Shown piece by piece: positions 23,401-35,400 of a stretch of 64,000 bases of DNA (position 1 is the stretch's first letter; each line of letters opens with the position of its first letter). A program made the translations under genes and the position numbers. The stretch is from Malacoraja senta (Eukaryota): contig CM075981.1 of the NCBI GenBank assembly GCA_038087875.1, forward strand, positions 19,344,001 to 19,408,000. Direction: 5' to 3'. Under the pieces are notes generated by a model. That model ran no database searches, was not told where the DNA came from, and saw only the letters and a list, made by a program, of their open reading frames with translations.

Positions 23401-26400
23401 GAGAAAAACACGGCTCGAGTGGTTGAAGACATGGCGAAATTGAGGCAAGAATATGAGCAAATGAGGCGAGAAAATGAACAAGCTTCACTACAGATGGTGA
23501 CTCAACTGGAGAAAGTCTCAGCCAAATGCCTGGACCTGGAAGCTCGCTCTAGACGCCAGAATTTGAGAATTCTTGGTGTTTCAGAGGGGGCAGAAGGGGA
23601 GCAGGTACGTGAATTTGCCATGGGCTTGTTGAAACAACTGTTGAATCTTTCCAAGGAACCGAAAATCGAAGTGGCTCATCGTGTCCAAAAGATTTAAACA
23701 AAGATCTGGTGCGGGAAAAGCTTATCCACGACATATTATTGTGAAATTTCGGGATACTGTAGAACTGGAATATGTTATGAGCAAAATCAAATACGGTGTA
23801 CAACTGCGGATGGACAAGGACACTATTAAGATATTCAGGGACTACCCGTATGAAATTGTGCAAAAAAGAAACAAATTTGATAAGGTTAAAGATCTTTTAA
23901 GAGGGAGAGAAGGGATCAGATTTGGGGTTTTTTACCCCGCGAAAATGCGTATTTCCTTTAATGGTCTTGAAAAGTCATTTGTTAAGCCTGAAGACGCATT
24001 CATATATGCCCAAACTATCGTTGAAAAACAGAAATGAAAGGGAGTTTTGGCAGATCTGTACCAGTCTAAGCAATGCTTTGTCTGGGGATAGTTACACTGT
24101 TATCTTTGGAATGTTGAATCAAGGACATTTTCTGTTCAAAACGTGTAAACAACTGAACAGTTGGAATATAAACCAGAAAATAATTGCTTATTGATTAAAA
24201 TATTATAACCAATTGTAAGAAATTATCCTATTAACAACTTAACAAGTTATGTAGGTTAGATTAGAATACTAACAAAAACAAAAAGAAAAAATAATGAACT
24301 AACATACTAATATGAATTTTTAATAAATTGTAACCTTATCTATAAGTGGGAGGAGGGGATGAGAGACGAGCACCTGGCTTATGTCCAGGGGCACGTCTCG
24401 TTAACCCCTTCAACCAACAGTTGATTCTTATTGAAGTCAAAAATATTGGTTTAATAATTAAACTCCGATATATATATATGTTATAAGGAAATATCAGGGT
24501 AAAATTGTATTATATATCTGAATGTGAGGCCTCGTTTTAATATTTTAATATGTTATGATTAACTAAGAGAGCGGAGCTATTTGTGTAACAACGCAATGGA
24601 AGTCAAAACAAGGTTTTTTCCCACCTACAGGTGGGACACTCGCTACAGTGCCGACTATATTAGACACTGTAGCCTCACTTTTTTAGGGTTTTTTTTACCA
24701 CATAAAACCACTTGTTTGTGTTTTGTGTTTAGTGATAAGCGTAAAATGGACATACCAGCAAAATTTAATAATTCAAAAACTCCCCCAATACCTAAAGACC
24801 TGGGATATGGACGCACCACAAGATTCAAAGGTACTATAATTATTCAAAATGCATGACACCACACAAAAGAACCTAGGAGGAATCTCATTTTGTAGTTGGA
24901 ATATAAGAGGTATTAACGAACCTATTAAAAGGGGTAAGATACTAGCTCAGCTGAAACTGTACAACTCTGACATTACCTTCCTACAAGAAACACACCTAAA
25001 ACCTCAGGACCAAGTTAGACTGAGGGCGAAATGGATAGGTCAAACATACCATTCTTCATTTACTTCAAAATCTAGAGGCACGTCAATCATCATAAGAAAA
25101 GGTATACCATTTAAAGCAAAGAATATTATAACAGATATAGAAGGGAGATACCTAATAGTTAATGGAGAAATCCATGACACTCCACTTACTTTGGTAAATA
25201 TATATGCCCCTAACTTTGATAACCCCCACTTTTTCAATAAAATTTTCAACATAATTGCAGAGTCAAACTATCAAAATGTTATAATAGGAGGAGACTTTAA
25301 CTGTGTTTTAGACCCGTACTTAGATAAATCAAGTCAAAAACAGAGAGGGAATATGAAATCGAAAACTGGGGAACTCCTCAATACCTATATAAATAACACT
25401 AATATAGCAGATGTTTGGAGAATTGTTAATCCAACTGGCAGGGAATATTCGTTTTACTCAATGGTACATAAGACATACTCACGTATAGACTACTTTCTGC
25501 TGGATACAAAATTAATCCCCCAAACATCTAATGCAATATACCATACAAATTCAATTTCAGACCATTCCCCACTAACTTTCTTTTTAAAACTGGAAGGATT
25601 GTCTAAGAATAAATCGTTCTGGAGATTTAATTCTCAAATTTTAAAAGATCCACAAGCGAGTATATATTTAAAAGAACAAATGGAGGTCTTTTTTCAAACA
25701 AATGATACTTCAGATATATCGCCTACTTTATTTTGGGAATCTTTTAAAGCATACATTAGGGGTATTATAATTTCATATCAAGCTTTTCAAAATAAAAAGA
25801 ATAAGAATGAACAAAGACAGTTAGAAGAACTTATTAGACAAATGGATATAGATAATGCTAAAGATCCATCAATAGATAAACATAATAAAATAATAATTTT
25901 AAAATTTAAATTAAATAAATTATTATCTGCCAAACTTATAAGACTTTTTCAAATTACAAAACAAGAGCACTTTGAATTTGGGGATAAACCGCATAAACTT
26001 TTGGCTCGCCAGCTAAAAAAACGAGAAAAGGAACATACTATACCAAAGATCAAATCAGATAAAGGGGAATTATTAACAACACCGAAGGATATTAATAAAA
26101 GATTTGCGCAATTTTACGAGAATTTGTATACATCTAAAACGATAATTGATTCCGATAATATCACAAAGTTCTTGGATACCTGTAATCTTCCAAAGTTAGA
26201 GCTGAAGGAACAAGAGGAACTGGGTGCACAAATCTCAATTAAGGAATTAGAAGATACAATAAACTCATTAAAGAATGGAAAAACACCAGGCCCTGATGGA
26301 TTTACTAATGAATTTTATAAAAGCTTTTATGATAAACTATTACCAAGATTACAAAAAATGTACCAATACGCTTTTAAAAAACGAATACTACCTGATACAT

Positions 26401-29400
26401 TAGCGGAATCAACGATTACATTAATACCTAAGAAAAATAAAGATTTAGAAGAACCTGGTTCATATAGAGCTATAGCATTGTTAAACACAGATCAAAAAAT
26501 ATTAGCGAAAACATTAGCTAGAAGATTAAGTAAATACATTAGTAAATTAATAAACCCAGATCAGACAGGGTTTATCCCTAAGAGATACTCTTCTAATAAT
26601 ATGAGACGTCTACTCAACATAATGCACTCACACAAATCTGAAGATCAAGAATTATCAATTATTTCGCTGGATGCTGAAAAAGCATTTGATCAAGTAGAAT
26701 GGAATTATATGGATAAAGTATTACAAAAATTTCAACTGGGAGAGAATTTTATTTTATGGATTAAGTTACTATATAACAAACCTACAGCTAGAATACTAAC
26801 TAATAACATATTATCCTCGAAATTTCAACTATCAAGGGGAAATAGACAAGGATGCTCATTATCACCACAGCTGTTTGCTCTCATTATTGAACCGCTAGCA
26901 GAAAAAATTAGAATACACCCTGATATTCATGGATATAATACTAAAGACTCATATAATAAAATATCTTTATACGCGGATGATATATTACTGTATATAACAA
27001 AACCTCAAATCACTATACCAAATATATTAAATTTAATTGAAGACTTTGGATCTTTTTCTGGATATAGAATAAATTGGAATAAAAGTGAAATTATGTCAAT
27101 AAAACCGAAAGATTCAACACATCTTTTGAAATTCCCTTTTAAAATAGCTACAGAAAAATTTAAATATTTGGGAGTCGAAATTACCAGAACATATCAAGGT
27201 ATGTTCAGGGCAAATTTTGACCCCCTACTTAATAAATTAAATACACTAATTAAATTCTGGAAAACGCTCCCGATGTCTTTAATAGGCCGAATAAACGCAA
27301 TAAAAATGATCTTTTTACCACAAATTTTATACCTATTTCAATCAATTCCTATATACTTACCTAAGAAGTTTTAAAAAAAACTCGACTCAGATATCACTAA
27401 TTTTATATGGGACTATAAATCACATAGAATACAAAAAAACTCATCTGAATAAACCTAAAGTATTGGGGGGTTTAGCACTACCTAATTTTATGTATTATTA
27501 TTGGTCAGTAAATATTAAAAACATGATTCAACTGATGGATAACTCCGCCCAGCAAGTAGACTGGATTGTAATGGAGAAAGAGGATTGCTCCTCTAGAAAC
27601 ATTGGAGCGATCCTCCTCTCTCCAATGAAACTGAATAACATAAATTATAATAAGAACCCAATTATTCATAGTACAATCCGTATTTGGAAACAAATAAAAC
27701 AAAATTTAAAATTAAGAAATTTATCACTTTTATTACCTATAGTCAATAACCCTTCGTTTAGTCCTTCTATTATAGATAAAGCTTATACACAATGGGATAG
27801 ACTAGGAATTAAAACGCTTGGTGACTTGTATGAAACTGGAAAATTACTTTCATTTCAACAATTACAAATAAAATATAAACTCGGAAATAATCAATATTTT
27901 AAATATTTTCAAATATGCGACTATTTGAAAAAATATACAAAAGATCATTATAATAACCCAGTAGATGTATTGGACGAGGCAATGCAGATAAAAGCGGAAT
28001 CAGCAAACTTAATATCATATTTGTATAATATTATTTTAAATGTACAAATACCACCTACGGAGGGTATCAGAAGAGACTGGGAACAAGAGTTAGCTATTAA
28101 AATTTCAAAGGAAAGTTGGAATGAATACTTATTAAACGTGCATAAATGCTCGATTAATGTAAGACACACTTTAATACAATTTAAAATTTTACATAGATTA
28201 TATTATTCGAAAACTAAAATTCATAAAATTTTCCCAAACGTATCATCTATTTGTGATAAATGTCAATCCCAAGAAGCTACTATAGCGCACTCATTCGTCT
28301 TCTGTACAAAAATTCAAAAATTTTGGAATGAAATTTTTGAAATCTTTACAAAGTTATTTAAAACAAGACTGATACCCAAAGCAGAATGGATTATCTTCGG
28401 AATAACGGAAGATGATCCAGAACTAAATGTGTTTCAAAAGAAATTAATGGACTATGGGTTAATAACTGGAAAAAAGCTAATTCTAAAATTTTGGAAGAAG
28501 GCTCCAATACCAACTATAAATATGTGGATTTCAAATATGTTTGAAACACTACACCTAGAAGAGATAAGACTCCTCCTAGCAGGTAAACCAGATCACTTCC
28601 ACCTGACGTGGTCTGCATTTATAGAATTATTACAAACATAGGGTGCAAAAGTACTTTAAAAAAAATAAAAAATTGAGGTCGGGTAAGGGGGGATGATAGT
28701 TGAAGAGTTGGTATGTCCTATTTACGTAATGCTCAAAAAAATATTTGTTTTTCTTTTTTTTTCCTCTCTCTTTTTCTCTTTTTTTTTCCTAGGGCCTATT
28801 TCTTAACTCTTTTTCTTTTGTTTTTAATTTCGCTCTTATAGGGTCTTCGTCCTTTTTTGTTGTTACATTTTCTACACTTTTCTACACTTTCACTTTTTCC
28901 TTCACTTTCTTCTCTCTTTCAATCTTTTCCTTTTCTAGTGTAAAAAAAAATAATAATAAAGGGAGTACATTAATTGTAAGAAGATACAAATGACGAGTAT
29001 TAATGTATGTGGTTGTAATGTAATGTACTTCTAATAAATAAAAAATAAAAAAAATAATAATTTTTTTTTTTTTTAAAACATCCATGTTGACTTGGACTAT
29101 TCCTTTTATTGCTATCCAAATGCCCCATTATTACCTCTTTAATAATTGTCTCCAGCATCTTTCCCACCACCGAAGTCAGGCTAACTGGTCTGTAATTCCC
29201 CGTTTTCTCTCTCGCTCCTTTCTTGAAAAGTGGGATAACATTAACTATCCTCCAATCCACAGGAACTGATCCTGAATCTAATGAACAATGGAAAATGATC
29301 ACCAATGCGTCCACTATTTCTAGAGCCACCTCCCTGAGGACCCTAGGATGCAGACCATCAGGTCCAGGAGATTTATCATCCTTCAGTCCCATTAGCCTAC

Positions 29401-32400
29401 CCAATACTATTTCTCGCCTAATGAAAATTTCTTTCAATTCCTCTACCCCCTTAGATCCTCTGTCCTCCAGTACATCTGGGCGATTGTTTGTGTCTTCCTT
29501 AGTAAAGACAGATCCGAAGTACCTATTCAACTCTTCTGCCATTTCCTTGTAGCCCATAATAATTTCACCCGCGTCTGCCTTCAAGGGACCCACATTTGAC
29601 TTTGCTACTCTATTTCCCTTAACATATCTAAAGAAGCTTTTACTGTCCTTCTTTATATTCCTGGCCAACTTCCCTTCATACTTCATCTTTTCAGCCCGTA
29701 GTGCCCATTTTGTTTCCTTCTGTTGTCCTATGAAAGTTTCCCAATCTTCTGGCTTCCGGCTACTCTTTGCTGTGTTATACATCTTTTCTTTTAGTTTTAT
29801 TCTATCCCTAACTTCTCTTGTCAGCCACGGTTGCCTCCTACTCCCCTTAGAATCTTTCTTCCTTTTTGGAATGAAATGATCCTGCGTCTTCCGGATTATG
29901 CCCAGAAATTCCTGCCATTGCTGTTCCGCCGTCATTCCTGCTAGGATCCCTTTCCAGTTTACCTTGGCCAGCTCCCCTCTCATGCCTTCGTAGTCCCCTT
30001 TGTTTAACTGCATCACTGACACTTCCGATTTAACGTTCTCCTTCTCAAATTGCAGATTAAAACTGATCATATTATGATCACTTCCCTTACCTCGAGTTCT
30101 CTTATCATATCTGGTTCTTTAGACAACACTAAATCCAGAATTGCCTTTTCTCTAGTCGGCTCCATTAGAAGCTGCTCTAAGAATCCATCTCGGAGACATT
30201 CTACAAACTCTCTTTCTTGGGGTCCTGAACCAACCTGATTTTCCCAGTCTACCTGCATATTGAAATCCCCCATCACCACAGTGGCATTACCTTTGTTACA
30301 TGCCAGTTTTAACTCCTGCTGCAACTTGCACCCTACATCCAGGCTACTATTTGGGGGTCTGTAGGTAACACCAATTAATGTCTTCTTGCCTTTACAATTC
30401 CTCAACTCAATCCACAGTGACTCTACCTCGTCAGTCACTATGTCTTCCCTCGCAATGGACTGAATTCCATCCCTCACCAGCAGAGATACCCCCCTCCTCT
30501 GCCCACCTGCCTGCCTTTTCTATAGGCTGTATAACCCTGAATATTAAGTTCCCAGGCCCGATCCTCCTGCAGCCACGTCTCAGTAATCCCCACAATGTCA
30601 TATCTACCAACCTCTAACTGAGCCTCAAGCTCATCTACTTTACTTCTTATACTTCGCACATTCATATACAATACTTTTAATTCCTTACGCATCTCACCGT
30701 TTACATCGATCCCTATTACACTTGGCCATACTCTCCTATCCCTTTGTGAGCTTCCTTTCCCATTAATTCTGGGGTCATTAACCATCCCTTTACTCTCTTT
30801 CCCTTTAACTTCATCCTCGACTATCCCATTGGACACCCCACCCCCCTTATTCAGGTTAAAACCACCCGTGTAGCAGTGGCAAACCTGCCTGCCATAATGC
30901 TGGTCCCCCAAAAGTATGATATGTCCTTTTATTCTGAGGCTACGGCCTCGGGTCCTGGACTCAAACATTAATGGAAACATCTTCTCCACATCCAGTCTAT
31001 CCAGGAAACAGCAGAGAGCCCCTATACATATCCAGCTCCAGGCAACATCTCAGCTATAGTACTGAAGACCTGTACTCCTGAAGTAGTGGCACATCTGGCC
31101 TAGTTGTTTTTGCAACATTGGCATCCAGTGACAATGTGGAAAATTGCCCTCATGTTTGCTGTTCAAAAACAGGATGAATCCAATCAGTTGATCACCTCCC
31201 AATTGGTCTACTCTTGATCATCAGCGAAGTGAGATAAGCTATTGTTGACACTTCTATCAGGCAGCACTCACTCACCAATATCCTGCTCACTGAAGCTGAA
31301 GATCTTATCTGAAGATCTCATCACGGCTTTGGTCCAAGACTGGAACGAAAAGCTGAGTTGCAGAGATGAGGCGAGGCTGACTGTCCTCAACATCAAAGCA
31401 TTGTTTGACTGAGTCTGACATTAGGGAGACTTGGTAAAACGAAAATAAATGAGCATCCAGGGTTAACACACTGACGTGGAGTCACACCTCACACGGAGGA
31501 AGATGGTTGTGGTCATTGGAGGTCAGTCAACCCAGCCACAGGTCATCACTGCAGGTGTTCCTCAGGGCAGTATCCTGGGCCCAACCAGCTGCTTCATCAA
31601 TGACCTTCCTGGCATCGCAACGTTTGACTGATGATGGTATAATTTTCAGTTCCATTATCAACTCAACTGCATGCAGCAGGACCCAGAGAACATTCAGGCA
31701 GGGGCTGATAAGTGGGAAGTTTGCAACCACGTGATGGAAGTGTCAGCAGGAGACAGCCCAGTGCTTGAGACTCAATGATTCTCCCAGCAGCGTCCCACAT
31801 CATCAAAACAACGGAACAGCAACGCAACAATACTAATTACACATACTCTGTGGTTATTGGAAAAAGATTGAGGCTGGGTATCCCGTAGGAGTGACTCACT
31901 TCCTGACACCCTGACCTTTCCCCATCTACAGGGCACGTCAGGAGTGTAAAGCGCCTGTCCCACTTTCGCGACCTTTACAGGTGGCTGACGACACCCGTGA
32001 TAGGTCGCCGAAATTTTCAACATGTTGAAAATTCAGCGACGACCAGAAAGACGCCACGACTCTTTGGAGACCTCTCACGACCATAGGAGACCTCTCACGA
32101 CTACGATCACCAGGGGTCGCCTGTATGGTCGTGAGAGGTCTCCTATGGTCGTGAGAGGTCTCCAAAGAGTCGTAGCGTCTTTCTGGTCGCCGCTGAATTT
32201 TCAACATGTTGAAAATTTTGGCGACCTATCATGGGTGCCAGCTTTTGCCTGTAAAGGTCGCGAAAGTGGGACAGGCCCTTAAGGGAACACTCTTTAAATA
32301 CCTGGGTGAGTGCAGCTCCAACATCTCTCGAGAAGTTGCCATCACCTGCAACTGAAGCAGCTGCTTAATCAGATCCCTATCCACTTCCCTAACTACTCCC

Positions 32401-35400
32401 ACCCTGCACCAGCCTAAGCACTTCCTCCCCAATCCTAACATCATCCTTCTGCCACTCTAAGCACTCACACCACCACCCCAAGCACTCCCTCTGTCCAATC
32501 CCTAAACATTCCATCCCTCCACAAATGTGGGTGGTGTGTGTGTCATCCAGAAAATTCAACAGGGAGTCTGGAGGAAATTCCCTTCCCCATGGAGCAGTGG
32601 GAACGTGGGAACCGTTGACGGTTCGATGCTTCACGGCCCCTGGCCCAGTGACCGGGGATGTGGTGGGCCTGTCCCCCAGCCTGGCACTGCCCCAGTCCCA
32701 CTACACTGGGACTGTGACCCCCACTCTGCACACTGGCAGTCAGTGGGGTTCAGTAAACTGGGGAACGCACAGGATCTGCCCTCGCCCATTAATTAGGGAG
32801 GTTCAGGAGCCGGTGGAAGCCGGGACGTCCGCGGCAGTCTCACTCACCGTACACCTCCAGTCGGACTCTCGCCAAAGTTTCACCTCCTGAACTTGGAACA
32901 ACAACCACCTCGTAATCACCAGCGTCCTCTCTCCGTAGATCACGGATTTCCAGACTGAAGTTCCCGCGGTGAAGAGTTATCCGTCCCTTGTAATTGGTGG
33001 GATAGTATTCAATACTCTTATTCGAGTACTTCGTTATCCTGGTGCTGGATGATGCCCGCTTCCACTCAACGTTGTCAACGTCCGGTGCGACTGTGATCCC
33101 AGCAGGTAAGGAGACCGAGTGTCCCCGAGCTCCGGTCACGGTGCCTGTGGCGGCCCCAGTCCCAGCTGAGGAGACAAGCGAGGCAGTCAGCAGGAGAGCT
33201 CAGTGACTGGAGGAGGAATCGGAGCTGGGAAAATCACAGAGCACAGGTGCAGGCCATGCGGCCCATCGTCTGGCTCCCGGCTCTGTTAGAGACCCGGCCC
33301 ACAGTTCCTACATCACATAGTGAGCCCACGGGGGGAACAGAGTGAAGACTCTGCACCAGGGGCTGAGGAAGGAAGTTGCAGCCGGCAGCCAGATATCGAC
33401 GGATGGGTCAGGGGGAACAGACACGGCAAATGGGGCCTGGTCTGAAAAAGAAGGGGGATGGGGTGAGTTTGGAGAGCATGAACATGGTGGAGGAACGGGA
33501 TAAATGGGAGCGTGTGAGTGGTATGGGGGGGGGGGGGGGGGGTGGACAAGGAGCAGACCCCTGGAGTGCACTTACACAGATCCCTGAAGGAGGAAGTAAG
33601 GACAGGTGGGTGACTGAATACCACACAAGAAACGATCAAAAGGTGAGAGCACACACGATCCAGGGAAAATTGGCAAATCGGATGCAAAATTCTCTGGGTG
33701 ATTGGAGGCAGAAGATATTGGTAGAGGGTTGGTTTATTATTGGAACCCTGTGACCAGTCATGTACTGCAGGGATTGTTGTTGGGATTCTTACTGCCCGAG
33801 TACAATAAAAATGTTTAATTCGTAAGTTTGCAGATGACACAAAAATAATCAGTGGTGTCTTTGATCGGAGCATAGTCATAGACTGCAGAATATACTGTTC
33901 AGTTGCTAACATGGGCTGAGCGATTACAGGTGGAATTTGTTGCTAATAAGTGCAAAATTAGATATTTTGGGAAGAGTTATAAAATTAGGACATATTAAGA
34001 ATGGTAGGGTCATAAGGAGTGTTGAAACACAGGGATCTTGATATACTAGTCCAATGATCTCGACTGGTAGCAGAATAAGTGGATATGGTGGTGAAGGTAT
34101 ACGGAATATTTGCCTTCATTGGTTGAACACGGGTTCACCTGCACTTTGTCTAACCTCATCTACTGTAAAGGATTGATAACGAGGCATCGTTACTTTACTA
34201 TCTTTATTCATACTGGATCATTATACATTGCACTAGCTGTACGTGGTCTGTCACAGGAACTAGAGCGCGATCTGTGGGTGTGGAGGTTGTAGTTATACTT
34301 GTGATATGGGGAGTGGTTAGTGGGTATGAGGTCACTATGTTAAAGGCACATGCATATCTCATCTACATCCTTCCTCTCTGAAACGACAGGTAAATACAAA
34401 GGTGACATGGCGACCACGGCTCATGCGCTAGGATAGCTAGGCAACATCGCCATAGCGGTCAGGCGGTTTGACAAGACGTCCCGCCCGGGTTCGCGTCTCG
34501 CCATCCACCCTTCCTGCAGGAGGAAGAGGCACCAGCGGGGACAGACGAACCTGAAAGGGAGAAACGGGAGGAAACGGAAGAGACCGCGGCACCGAAACCG
34601 GAGGGGATGCGGGGCCGGGACCGGGAAGAGCGCGGGGGGGCGAGCGAGGACTAGTCGGAGTGTGTTGGAGCGGAGGGGGCGAAGGAGGAGCAGAGCGAGG
34701 CATGTCAGGAATCACGGGCAGGGCAACGGCCGGACGCGAAACAGGCAGCGGGGGAGCAAAGGGATCGGCGGCAGGAGGACGCGGCTCGTGGACGAGCCGA
34801 AGGTGCTGGCGGGACCGTCGGTAAATGGTCCCAGCGTAGTCGACGAAATAGGACCTGGGCGACCCCGCAGAGCCGACGACAGTAGCGAGCTTGGAGTGAC
34901 CGGGAGTGGTCTGCATACGGACTACTTGACCGGGGAAGAGGGGCGGCAGCGGGTGGCAGGACCTGTCATGGGACCGCTTTTGGACGTCTTGCCTGAAGGC
35001 AATTCGTTTCTGAACCGCCGCAGGTGGAAGGACCGAGGGTATGAGGGATCGCTGGGCCACCGGGAGTGGGAGCCTGGTAGCGCGAGACAGGAGCCGCTGA
35101 GCAGGTGAACCCATGGCAGGGTCGCGGGAAATGTTTCGAAGGCTGAGGAGGGCCAGGTGGAAGTCGGAGTTAATGCCACCACACTGTTCCAACAGGTGCT
35201 TAGCACTGCGTACCGCGCGCTCGGCCAAACCGTTGCTTTGCGGGTACTCCGGGCTGCTTGTGAAATGGCGAAAGTTCCATCTGGAAGCGAACGCTTTAAA
35301 CTCGGAGCTCGTGAACTGGCTGCCATTGTCCGACTGCAAGCTTGCCGGGGGGCCAAAAGTGCTAAAGCGAGGGTACAACCTGTCGATGACGGCCGAAGAG

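Larger units (their letters stand above)
22706..29077 (+). mobile_element. L1-clade LINE, family B, full length, inserted in a CR1; TSD ACATCCAT (22698-22705 / 29078-29085)
   Basis: 5' CTTCCGGTGGCGTCATG at 22721, ORF1, 811-bp spacer, ORF2, AATAAA and A-rich tail; 8-bp TSD; CR1 sequence is contiguous across the insert. Confidence 0.95.

Noticed and set aside
24581-24856. Upstream ORF overlapping the L1 family B ORF2 start (ATGCATGA) as a termination-reinitiation signal
   Set aside because: The equivalent uORF in family A is in a different frame and has a different length, so it is not conserved.
33525-33542. G18 run as a G-quadruplex element
   Set aside because: A simple homopolymer with error-prone length; no supporting context.
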